Shown here: one piece after another, positions 1 through 7,819 of the stretch
Position numbering within the stretch: position 1 is the first letter of the stretch
How the letters are laid out: every line of letters starts with the position of its first letter
Source: Thermoanaerobaculia bacterium
GTDB lineage: Bacteria > Acidobacteriota > Thermoanaerobaculia > Multivoradales > SZUA-115
Length of the DNA: 64,000 nt
Direction: 5' to 3'
NCBI GenBank assembly: GCA_046331405.1
Contig: JAXLQX010000010.1
Location: 50,551 to 114,550, forward strand
The notes under the pieces: generated by a model
The model's input: only the letters and a program-made list of their open reading frames with translations
Told to the model about the DNA's origin: nothing
Databases searched by the model: none
Position numbers and translations under genes: made by a program

Positions 1-2
1 TC

Positions 3-1424
3 CTCGAAGAGCTGGCCTTCGCCCTTTCCCAGGGCGCTGGTGCCGGGGCCGTGCCGGACACTCTCCAGGGCCTGCTGGCGGCGCGCATCGACCGCCTGCC
101 CGCCGAGGAGAAGCGGCTGCTGCAGATCTCCTCGGTGTTCGGCCGGGAAGTCTCGGTGGAGCTGCTGCAGAGGATCTACCCGGAGCCCGACGCCCTGGCA
201 GCGAGGCTCGAGGAGCTGCAGCGCCGGGAGCTGCTGCTGGTCTCGCCGGAAGCCGGGCCGGGGATGCTGCGCTTCCACCATGCGCTGGTCAAGGAGGTGA
301 CTTACCAGAGCCTCTTGCCTAGCCGTCGCCGCGCCCTTCACGGCGCCCTGGCCGAGGCCCTCGAAAGCCTCTACGCCGGGCGCCTCGAGGAGGTCTACGA
401 CCGGCTGATCTACCACTTCCCCCGTGCGGGCGAGCCCGCCCGCACGGTGCACTATCTGCGCCTCTTCGCCGAGCGGGCCGCAGCCCAATACGCCCACCAG
501 GAGGCCGCCGCGGCCCTCGAGCAGGCACTCCGGGAGGCCGCTGCCCTGCCCCGGCAGCCAGGCGCCCGGCTGCGCACCGAGCTCCGCCTGGAGCTCGCGG
601 AGTCGCTTTTCCCGCTCACGCGCTTCCGCGACACCCTCGAGGTGCTCGAGGCCGGGCGGGCCGATCTCGAGGCCTGTGCCGAGCCGCGCTTGCATGCCCA
701 GCACCATTTCTGGCTGGCCCACACCTACACCTACCTGGGGGACTCCGGCGCCACCCGCGAGCATGCCCAGATTGCCGTCACGGCGGCCGAGGAGGCGCAC
801 GACGAGGTGACCGCCGGCAAGGCCCACTACGTGCTCGGCCGCGACGCTTTCTGGACCGGCCAGTACGCCCAGGGCCTCAAGCACAGCCTGGAGGCGGCGG
901 TGCTGCTCGAGAGGGGCGGCGAGGCCTGGTGGCAGGGCCAGGCCCATTGGGTGGCCGGCTTCAACCATTTCGGCCTGGGCGAGCTCGGCCAGGCCCGCGA
1001 GGCCTTTCTGCGCACCCAGCGCATCGGCGAGGCGCTCGACGACTACCGGCTGGACCCTTCCTGGTCCCTCGGCTTCCTGCTCACCAGCCAGGGCGACGTG
1101 GCAGCCGGCCTCGCCCAATGTCGCCGCGCCGTGGCCCGCGCCCAGGACTCGCTCAACCGCGCCGTGGCCCTGGGCTTTCTCGGCCACAGCCAGCTCGCCG
1201 CCGGCGAGCCGGCCCAGGCGGTGGTGAGCCTCAGCGAGGCCACGGCCACTCTCCGCCAGGCCGGCATGCAACAGCTGCTCGCCTGGCTGGGCGCCTACCT
1301 CGCCCAGGCCCACCGCGCCCTCGGCCAGGCCGAAGAAGCCGAAGAGATCGCCGAAGAAGCCCTCGAAGCCGCCCGCGGCGCCGGCTTCCCGTTCGGCGAG
1401 GAGCTGCTGCGAGGGGGGCGGTAG
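3..1424 (+). CDS. STAND/AAA-type regulator, C-terminal TPR-rich part (5' end lies outside the window)
   Basis: The frame is open from the window edge (LEELAFALSQGAG... precedes the first Met). It contains LLAARIDRLPAEEKRLLQISSVFGREV followed by long Ala/Leu/Glu helical repeats. This arrangement is found C-terminal to the NTPase domain in MalT/LuxR-type and cyclase-associated AAA-TPR proteins. Confidence 0.7.
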   Translation, partial: LEELAFALSQGAGAGAVPDTLQGLLAARIDRLPAEEKRLLQISSVFGREVSVELLQRIYPEPDALAARLEELQRRELLLVSPEAGPGMLRFHHALVKEVTYQSLLPSRRRALHGALAEALESLYAGRLEEVYDRLIYHFPRAGEPARTVHYLRLFAERAAAQYAHQEAAAALEQALREAAALPRQPGARLRTELRLELAESLFPLTRFRDTLEVLEAGRADLEACAEPRLHAQHHFWLAHTYTYLGDSGATREHAQIAVTAAEEAHDEVTAGKAHYVLGRDAFWTGQYAQGLKHSLEAAVLLERGGEAWWQGQAHWVAGFNHFGLGELGQAREAFLRTQRIGEALDDYRLDPSWSLGFLLTSQGDVAAGLAQCRRAVARAQDSLNRAVALGFLGHSQLAAGEPAQAVVSLSEATATLRQAGMQQLLAWLGAYLAQAHRALGQAEEAEEIAEEALEAARGAGFPFGEELLRGGR

Positions 1425-1445
1425 GGAAGTGCTACCGTTCAGGCC

Positions 1446-1676
1446 GTGTTGGAAATCGCGAATCTCGAGGAGCCGGAGTGGGTAGCGTGGTACCTGCTGA
1501 GCCCCCAGGAGCGCTGGGAGGAATCGGCCCGCCTCTGGCACCACTACCTGGCGATGGGAGGCTCCCTTGATCCCGAGCCCGATTCGCAAAGCCCTTTCTA
1601 CGATCCGGCAACATCGAGTCGCCCACCTGTTGATGGGCGGCCAGGCCTGCGTGTTGTACGGCGCAGCGGAGTTTAG
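1446..1676 (+). CDS. small hypothetical protein (possibly a decayed partner of the following fragment)
   Basis: This is a GTG-initiated 76-codon ORF. The first two-thirds (EEPEWVAWYLLSPQERWEESARLWHHYLAMGGSLDPEPDSQSPF) has normal composition. The tail looks like read-through. No function can be assigned. Confidence 0.3.
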   Translation: MLEIANLEEPEWVAWYLLSPQERWEESARLWHHYLAMGGSLDPEPDSQSPFYDPATSSRPPVDGRPGLRVVRRSGV

Positions 1677-1752
1677 CCGCGAACTCGATCTGGTTTCAGT
1701 TGCTCTGAGATCTCGGGCTAACCGGAGCCGGTGGAGAAGAGAAGTCCCAGCC
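1567..1752 (+). pseudogene. truncated nucleotidyltransferase-like fragment
   Basis: A TTG-initiated frame reads IPSPIRKALSTIRQHRVAHLLMGGQACVLYGAAEFSRELDLV. This resembles the N-terminal GG...(S/T)xDLDL nucleotide-binding element of small MNT-type nucleotidyltransferases. Sensible sequence ends after about 45 residues, and the rest runs antisense into the permease 3' end. Confidence 0.25.
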
Positions 1753-4185
1753 TCACTCTCCCCGGATCGAGCGGATCGGGTCTGCCTCGGTGGCACGGCG
1801 GGCGGGGAGGAGGCAGGCGAGGGCCGCTACGGCGAGGAGGGCGAAGGTGGCGCCTACGAAGGCGAGCGGCTGCACGGTGGCCACCCCGGAGAGCTGGCTG
1901 GTCAAGGTCTTGGAGAACGCCGCCGCCAGCGCCCCGCCCACGAGAGCCCCCACCAGGCAAAGGCGTAGGCCCTGGCGGAGCACCAGCTGGAGGATCTCCC
2001 CCTTCTGGCTGCCCAGGGCCAGGCGGATGCCGAACTCCTGATGGCGAGTTGAGACAGTGTAGGTCAAGAGCCCGAATAGGCCAGATAGGGCTAAGCCCAC
2101 AGCCAGCGCAGCAGCGCCCGCAATGAGCCAGGCTATGAAGCGGAGGCGAGCGAGTGAGTCAGAGAGGATCTCGTCGCCGGTCCTCACCCGTGCGATCGGT
2201 AGCTGGGAGTCGAGGGCACGAACGAGCCTAGCTACTGCAGGGACGAGGTTGGAAGGAGGCAAGCTTGATCGGACGACCAGGCTGAACTCCAGAGAAGGCC
2301 ACTGCCTGTAAGGGAAATAGAGCTCAGGCTCGGGTGGTCTCTGAAGTCCGAGGTTGTGAACGTCGCCGACTACTCCAACCACGGTGGTCCAGCGTTCAAG
2401 AGAGCCTGGCAGTCCAAGAGCCAGATGGGTGCCAATCGGGTTGACATCGGGCCAATAGCGCCGGGCCGCGGCCTGGTTTACGACCGCGACAGGCGGCGAG
2501 CCAGACCAGTCCCCGCGCGCAAACGACCGGCCAGAGAGCAAGGCAACTCCCAGAGTGCGGAAGTAGTCATCACTGACGCGTCGGATCTCGGCGAAGGGAA
2601 GCTGGTCGCGCAGGCCCGGTGGCGGCGGATCGATTTGGAAGTTGCTGTTGTGCCCGGCTTCCAAGACCGGCAGCAGATCGATCAGGCCCACCTGTTTCAC
2701 TCCGGGCAGTTCTCGAACCGTATCGAGCAAGTCGCCAGAGAACTCCGCCATGCGGTCGGCCGAACTGTACGAATCTTCGGGTAGAACGAAGCGAAGGCTA
2801 TGCAGGTCCCGCGGTTCGAAACCGGGAGAAACTCGCCTCAGCGCCAGTAGATTGCCGACCAACAGGGTCGAACTGACGAGAACCGCCTGCGCAAGCCCCA
2901 CCTCTGCTATTGCCAGGGCGTTCCGCAGTCTTCTCCCGGTAGAATCGATTACTCCGTGAGCTCGCAACCCTCCCCCATCTTCAAGCCGTCTCGAGTAGAC
3001 CAAGGCCGGCGCTAGCCCACATAGTAGAGCCGCCGCTCCTGAGACGAAGGCAGAAGCAAGCGCCACCTGCCAGTTCAGGCTCGACTTGGCTAGTGCGGAG
3101 CCGCCCAGTGCGAGCAAAGGTCTGAGGAACCGAAGTGCCAGGGAGCTAGCGGTGAGTCCAATGAGAGTTGCAGGGATCGCAAGGACCAAACCGTCGCTGA
3201 GCAGCTCTGCAATCAGGCGGGTCCTAGATGCGCCCAGAGCGGCCCTCAGTTTGAGCTCCCGACTTCGCCCGGCGGCCCGCGAGAGCAAGAGGCTCGTTGT
3301 ATTGCCGCAGCTGATAGCGAGAACAAGTAGTGCTGCGAAGCTGCAGACTGCTAGTGGCAGTTGGACCTGGCCGTAGATCGCTTTTCGCAAGCCGAGAACT
3401 CGCACGCCACCCCATCGCATCGTATCTGGGTACTGGCGCACGATTTCGTCCGTGATCGCACTGAGCTCTTGTTGGGCAATGGAGGGCGTTGACCCAGGAG
3501 CTAGCCTTGCGATGACGGAGACCCAGTGATCTCCTCGCTGAACCCTGCGAGGTCCTTGGAGCACGAGAGGGCGCCAGGCGAGAGCGCTTGACGTGAGCGG
3601 AAGCTCGAACTCCGGCGGCATGACGCCGACGATCGTACAGGGACGTCCATCCAGTTGGAGCTTCCTGTCGAGCACGGCTGGGTCTGAAGCGAAGAGATCG
3701 CGCCAGAGCGAGTTGCTGATCAGGACCACGTTGTCTTGGCCGGGTAGCGCTTCGTCATCGTTGAACTGCCGCCCTAGCAGCGGCTGAGTACCCAGGACCC
3801 GTAGCAATGAAGGCGTAGCGAGAGCTCCTCGCAGGTAGCGAACGCCGTCCTCCGTGCCAATTCGGAAGTCGTGACTTGCGTATGCTCCGAACTCCGCAAG
3901 CGAGCGACTGGCGCGCTGCCAGTCTGCGAAGTTGGGAAGCGAAACAGCCCCAATGCCGGTACGGCCTTCGTAGGTGAAAGTCTCGAAAACCTGCACCAAT
4001 CGCCCGGGGTCGGCGTATGGAAGAGGAGCGACTAGGGCGAGCTGGAGCAGACTAAGCACCAAGCTCGCTCCGGCGACGCCCAGACCCAAGGAACCTCCGG
4101 CCGCAAGATCCATTCCAAAGCGAAGCCGGCGTAGTGTCGCTCTCAAGTGACCTAGGTACACCGATCTTTGCCTGCTCTCGTTCAT
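1753..4185 (-). CDS. ADOP-type duplicated FtsX/MacB-like ABC transporter permease (orphan, no adjacent ATPase)
   Basis: This is an 810-aa ORF with an ATG start. It has an N-terminal TM helix, a large extracytoplasmic domain and a 4-TM FtsX-like block, and this module occurs twice. The N-terminus (LGHLRATLRRLRFGMDLAAGGSLGL...) is typical of acidobacterial duplicated orphan permeases. Confidence 0.85.
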   Translation of the reverse strand: MNESRQRSVYLGHLRATLRRLRFGMDLAAGGSLGLGVAGASLVLSLLQLALVAPLPYADPGRLVQVFETFTYEGRTGIGAVSLPNFADWQRASRSLAEFGAYASHDFRIGTEDGVRYLRGALATPSLLRVLGTQPLLGRQFNDDEALPGQDNVVLISNSLWRDLFASDPAVLDRKLQLDGRPCTIVGVMPPEFELPLTSSALAWRPLVLQGPRRVQRGDHWVSVIARLAPGSTPSIAQQELSAITDEIVRQYPDTMRWGGVRVLGLRKAIYGQVQLPLAVCSFAALLVLAISCGNTTSLLLSRAAGRSRELKLRAALGASRTRLIAELLSDGLVLAIPATLIGLTASSLALRFLRPLLALGGSALAKSSLNWQVALASAFVSGAAALLCGLAPALVYSRRLEDGGGLRAHGVIDSTGRRLRNALAIAEVGLAQAVLVSSTLLVGNLLALRRVSPGFEPRDLHSLRFVLPEDSYSSADRMAEFSGDLLDTVRELPGVKQVGLIDLLPVLEAGHNSNFQIDPPPPGLRDQLPFAEIRRVSDDYFRTLGVALLSGRSFARGDWSGSPPVAVVNQAAARRYWPDVNPIGTHLALGLPGSLERWTTVVGVVGDVHNLGLQRPPEPELYFPYRQWPSLEFSLVVRSSLPPSNLVPAVARLVRALDSQLPIARVRTGDEILSDSLARLRFIAWLIAGAAALAVGLALSGLFGLLTYTVSTRHQEFGIRLALGSQKGEILQLVLRQGLRLCLVGALVGGALAAAFSKTLTSQLSGVATVQPLAFVGATFALLAVAALACLLPARRATEADPIRSIRGE

Positions 4186-4485
4186 TTCGCACGCACCGGA
4201 ACTACCGCTCCCAGCTCGAAGAGGTGACTGTGGTTCACGCGCTAGCCCACGAGTATAAAGCCTCGAGCCAAGGTCCGCAGTCCAACACGCCTTGGGTCAA
4301 TAAATTTCCGCTATAGGGAGTAGCGTTCAGGGCCGTGGTCAAGCAGGTACTCGAACTGTGGTCGCCCGTCTGGCTGCGCACCTCAGGGTTCGGGTTCCGG
4401 CTGGTGGGCGGAAACTGGTTAGCCCGCGTCAAGAAGGGCTGCGTGGAGGGGCAGATGAACGCAAGGGCGACCGATACAACACAGT

Positions 4486-4510
4486 CACCCCGAGACGCCC
4501 TCTCGGGGTG
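4486..4510 (-). terminator. hairpin terminator downstream of the precursor peptide gene
   Basis: There is a perfect 10-bp stem, CACCCCGAGA / TCTCGGGGTG, with a 5-nt loop. It sits about 55 nt after the precursor stop. On the minus strand it is followed by ACTGTGTTGTAT, which is only moderately T-rich. Confidence 0.5.
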
Positions 4511-4565
4511 ACTTCAGAAGAACTCGGCTCCAGTTGGAGAGTCAACGGCTCTAGAGCCACGTGAA

Positions 4566-4727
4566 CTACAGTGCAACTTCCTCAGCAGGAGACTTCGGTG
4601 CACAGGGGCAGCCGCAGTTGCAGCCGCTGTTGCCAGCCGCTCCGCCGGCGACATCGTCGAGATCGCCGTCGCTTACCTCGGTTACTTCCAGGCTTGCAAG
4701 CTCGTCTTTGGGATCCGTGTCGCCCAT
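4566..4727 (-). CDS. RiPP precursor peptide with a double-glycine leader and a Cys-rich core (53 aa, not in the ORF track)
   Basis: My translation is MGDTDPKDELASLEVTEVSDGDLDDVAGGAAGNSGCNCGCPCAPKSPAEEVAL. The ATG lies 5 nt after AAGGAGAA, and that RBS overlaps the TAA stop of the upstream radical SAM gene. The leader is acidic and ends in DDVAGG. The core contains CNCGCPC. A hairpin follows downstream. Confidence 0.75.
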   Translation of the reverse strand: MGDTDPKDELASLEVTEVSDGDLDDVAGGAAGNSGCNCGCPCAPKSPAEEVAL

Positions 4728-4738
4728 AGCACTTCTCC

Positions 4739-6286
4739 TTACGCTCTTGTACCCGTAGGTACGGTGGTGGAGTAACCGGTCAGATCGGCAATCGGCCTGA
4801 CCGAATCGTCAGCTTCGGAAGCCGAGGTCTCGGCAACAGGGAGAGCGAGCTTCCGCCCTGCATCGCGCTGAGAAGCGACCTGGCGCATTTCTGACTTGAA
4901 GTTGGCCCGAGTCCAAGTGCAGGGGGACTTGTCCGTCTCGAAGCGCTCAAGCGGACAGGACATCCCCAGGCAGGTGGGCAAAATCACGCATTTTTGGCAC
5001 TGTTGGTCACTCTCAAAGGCTGGTTCAGTCCAGAGTGCAAAGCGATCTAGGTCGAGCTTGAGCTCACCGTCCTCGTTCAGGGAGCCGACGACGTTCCGAG
5101 GATTCTTGTCGAGCTCGACTGTACACTTCATCACCTTGCCTGTGGCTCCAATGATGAAGTTGTAGGGTCTGGCTGCATAACAGACGTCAGCACCGAACCG
5201 CTGCAGTTCAGTCAGTCCGTCCGTAACGCTGAGGCCGCGCAATTGCGCTTCCTTGGTGAGTTCCTTTCTCAACTCGATGCCGTCGCGGTAGCCGCAGACT
5301 TGAAGATTCGCATCGTTGTCGCCGCCCCAGCGACCTACAGGCCTGAAGCGCAGCTTGTACCGTGGATCACTACTCAGCTCAGACTGAACAAGATCCAGAA
5401 ACGAACCGAGATGGGGATAGCTCTGCGGATTGAAATTCACGCGCAAGTCGACGGTGAAGTCCTCCTGGCGCTGGTGAAGCGAGACCAAGTTGGTCAGGAT
5501 GGTGTCGAAAGTCCCGCTGCCATCACGGGCAGGTCTGCTCTGGTTGTGGAACTCCGCTGGACCGTCGAGCGTGATCTGGTAGTGGAGGATTCTCCACGAC
5601 AGGAGCCGCTCAGCTACTTCCGGGGACAGCAGGTAGCCGTTTGTAGTCATCTTGCTGTTGAAGGCGAGGCCATTCTCACTTGCCAGATCGTGGAAGAATG
5701 GGGCGAGGTCGTCGATCGCCTCGATGCCGTAGAGAGGTTCGCCTCCGAACCAGTTGACAGCCAAGCTGGTTAGGGCGGGAAGGCGCTTCAGGGTTAGGTT
5801 CTTGATGCCGTTTCGGACCCACCGCTTCATGGTGCCGCGAGCGAAGTCCTCATAGCAGTAGGTACAGCGGAAGTTACAGTCTTCGGAAGAAAGGAGGATA
5901 AGTTGAAACGTATCGGTGCGAAATTGTTGCTGGCCGAAGCGAATCCGAAGTCGGCGATACTCATCGGCTCCCTGAGGGACCACGTAACCCTTGGTCGAAA
6001 GGTAATGCACCACTCCTGAGTCTCTTGCCTCGAAACCCTCGCGCACGAGCAGTCGCTCGACCGTTTCCTTGTCCTTGCGTGAGAAGATGCACATGGCACC
6101 AGAAAAGGTGTTCCAGAGTACGAGTCTGCCGTCCTCGGTCGTGGCGCGCACGGTGTAGCGGGAGGGCAGCCACCTCTGGGTGCGACCTCGAGCAGCGTCG
6201 ATCGCCGGCTCCGCATGTGCATTGGAGGCGAGTTCGTAGGGGGACTCTCTGAGGATGTCGAATTTTGTGGAAAGCCCTAAAGACAT
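4739..6286 (-). CDS. radical SAM/SPASM-domain peptide maturase with an N-terminal RRE-like extension
   Basis: It carries the CNFRCTYC (CxxxCxxC) cluster motif and a GGEP motif. The C-terminal region is Cys-rich (CYAARP...KCTVE...CQKCVILPTCLGMSCP...C), as in SPASM/twitch auxiliary-cluster domains. A leader-binding-like segment of about 110 aa precedes the core. GAGGAG lies 6 nt before the ATG. Confidence 0.9.
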   Translation of the reverse strand: MSLGLSTKFDILRESPYELASNAHAEPAIDAARGRTQRWLPSRYTVRATTEDGRLVLWNTFSGAMCIFSRKDKETVERLLVREGFEARDSGVVHYLSTKGYVVPQGADEYRRLRIRFGQQQFRTDTFQLILLSSEDCNFRCTYCYEDFARGTMKRWVRNGIKNLTLKRLPALTSLAVNWFGGEPLYGIEAIDDLAPFFHDLASENGLAFNSKMTTNGYLLSPEVAERLLSWRILHYQITLDGPAEFHNQSRPARDGSGTFDTILTNLVSLHQRQEDFTVDLRVNFNPQSYPHLGSFLDLVQSELSSDPRYKLRFRPVGRWGGDNDANLQVCGYRDGIELRKELTKEAQLRGLSVTDGLTELQRFGADVCYAARPYNFIIGATGKVMKCTVELDKNPRNVVGSLNEDGELKLDLDRFALWTEPAFESDQQCQKCVILPTCLGMSCPLERFETDKSPCTWTRANFKSEMRQVASQRDAGRKLALPVAETSASEADDSVRPIADLTGYSTTVPTGTRA

Positions 6287-6443
6287 GAGGAGCTCCTCGC
6301 TTCATGGACGACTTCTAAAGGGCAGTGAGTTGCCTTCGCAGTGGTCTGGCTGGCGTTGGGAAGTTTTGCAGACAATTGGCAGAGGCTGACATACGGGTGC
6401 GTGCCCGATGCACAGAACAGGGGGCTTGGGCAGGAAGTGCGGC

Positions 6444-7688
6444 TCATGCGGAAAGCGCCTGCCTACGGAGCGGGGAGTCGGAGAGGAGCGGAAGGAAGAC
6501 TTCGGAGCGCGCGAGACTTCTTACGTGATCAACAAGTCGGTCTCTGTTTTCGGCGACGGCTTGTCCGTGGAGCTCGCACGTAAGGCGCTCGAGCAGAGCA
6601 TCTGTATCGAGGCCTTCGAGAAGGCCACGGAAGAGTACGCGGTTGGTCTGGTTGAACTCGAAACCGATGATCTCCTTGCCCGACATGCGCTCCACTGCCT
6701 CTTCGATCGTCGTCAGTGGATCAACATCGGGGTGCTGTTTCCGCACCACCTCCAGGATCGCGGTGCGGTCCGGGAAGAGCATGAGCAAGGCCAGGAGATA
6801 GCGAGCTTGAGGGTCGGAGACCTTGCCCCGCAGGGAGGTGATGATGCGAGTTCGGCGCTCCCAATCGCAGGCTTCGCGGAAGATCTGGATGGGTTCACCA
6901 TAGAGTCGCTCAGCGTGCTCGTAGAACTGAGCGAGCAGGGCAGGATCCGCCTTCCGGCGCGTCAGTAGCGAGAACATGGCCAAGAGGGTTTCGAGGTCTC
7001 CACTTTCGACCAGCTGGTGAACGCGATCCTGGAGTCCCCCCAGGTGGCCGCGGAGCATTGCTTCCAAGAAGAGCAAGCGGCGGGCTCGGAGAGGGTCGTA
7101 GGCCTCGTGATCGACTGCCAGCCCAGGCAGAAGGTACTGGTACTGCGGTAAGTGATCACGATCCACGTATGTCCGAACCACGACTGTTACGGATGGAACC
7201 TCGAGGTGGAAGAGCTGATGGATGAGCCGTGAGCCGGAGTAGATCTCTCGAGTGTCTCCAGGGCCGAGGACCTCGGTCGAGGCTCTTTCGAGGGCGCCCA
7301 GGATGAGTCGCGAGTTAACCTTCTGGTGCGTGTGGAAGTGCCAATGGCTGTGTACACTGCCTCCAGCAAGCACCGAGAAGGCTCCGGTAAAGGAGTGCTC
7401 GTGAATCTCGGTGGTAGCTGAGTGCCAGAAGAGTACTTCGATGAAGAATCGCGGTGCCTGGAAGACCATGACTGGCGGTTCGCCGAAGAGGCTTCGGTTG
7501 GCGGGCTGATTGAGTCCCTGTCCCCGAGCGAAAGTCCAAGAGACGATCTCTTCGACCTTGATGTGCTGGGCAGGTGGCAGCTTCTCTAGCTCTGCCACCG
7601 CAAGGCGCGGAAAGACTTCTTCGTCATAGCTGTGATGCAGCCACTGCAGCTCGATCCGGGCCCCAAGATCCTGGAAGTAGGGGATCAT
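6444..7688 (-). CDS. cupin-like protein (3-His, thiol-dioxygenase-like motif) with a C-terminal helical domain of about 220 aa
   Basis: It starts at internal ATG 7688, with GGAGGCGAGG 4 nt upstream. TTEIHEHSFTGAF is followed 59 residues later by GSRLIHQLFH. This resembles the xIH(D/E)H...H metal site of cysteine/thiol dioxygenase cupins. The C-terminal half is helical and carries no motif I recognise. Confidence 0.55.
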   Translation of the reverse strand: MIPYFQDLGARIELQWLHHSYDEEVFPRLAVAELEKLPPAQHIKVEEIVSWTFARGQGLNQPANRSLFGEPPVMVFQAPRFFIEVLFWHSATTEIHEHSFTGAFSVLAGGSVHSHWHFHTHQKVNSRLILGALERASTEVLGPGDTREIYSGSRLIHQLFHLEVPSVTVVVRTYVDRDHLPQYQYLLPGLAVDHEAYDPLRARRLLFLEAMLRGHLGGLQDRVHQLVESGDLETLLAMFSLLTRRKADPALLAQFYEHAERLYGEPIQIFREACDWERRTRIITSLRGKVSDPQARYLLALLMLFPDRTAILEVVRKQHPDVDPLTTIEEAVERMSGKEIIGFEFNQTNRVLFRGLLEGLDTDALLERLTCELHGQAVAENRDRLVDHVRSLARSEVFLPLLSDSPLRRQALSA

Positions 7689-7819
7689 TGGACCTCGCCT
7701 CCGCTCCCGGCCCGAAGGGCGGAGCCGGGCCTGTCGAAAAGTAGCGACTGCCGGTAACACCCTTGACTGGAGACTTGCCGAGTCTTCCCGCTAGGTCTAC
7801 ACAAAGCTCGCGCAGGCAC
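7685..7819 (-). CDS. candidate 44-codon small ORF translationally coupled to the cupin gene
   Basis: GTG 7819 lies 7 nt after AAGGAGGA. The product is MPARALCRPSGKTRQVSSQGCYRQSLLFDRPGSALRAGSGGEVQ. Its TGA stop overlaps the cupin ATG (ATGA). GC3 is about 64% by hand count. Support is the strong RBS plus the coupling only. Confidence 0.25.
   Translation of the reverse strand: MPARALCRPSGKTRQVSSQGCYRQSLLFDRPGSALRAGSGGEVQ

Noticed and set aside
2813-2823. The tRNA T-arm-like string GGTTCGAAACC.
   Set aside because: It lies inside the ADOP permease coding sequence with no surrounding cloverleaf potential. No tRNA is supported anywhere in the window.
4561-4758. A 65-aa plus-strand ORF from the track.
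   Set aside because: It is exactly antisense to the RBS-preceded precursor peptide and has a low-complexity Ser/Pro/Ala/Leu translation. The minus-strand reading explains the region better.
6306-6400. A 25-codon minus-strand ORF (MSASANCLQNFPTPARPLRRQLTAL) in the cupin-rSAM intergenic spacer, considered as a possible second precursor.
   Set aside because: It has no RBS, no leader-like features, no GG motif and no Cys-rich core, so it is probably chance.
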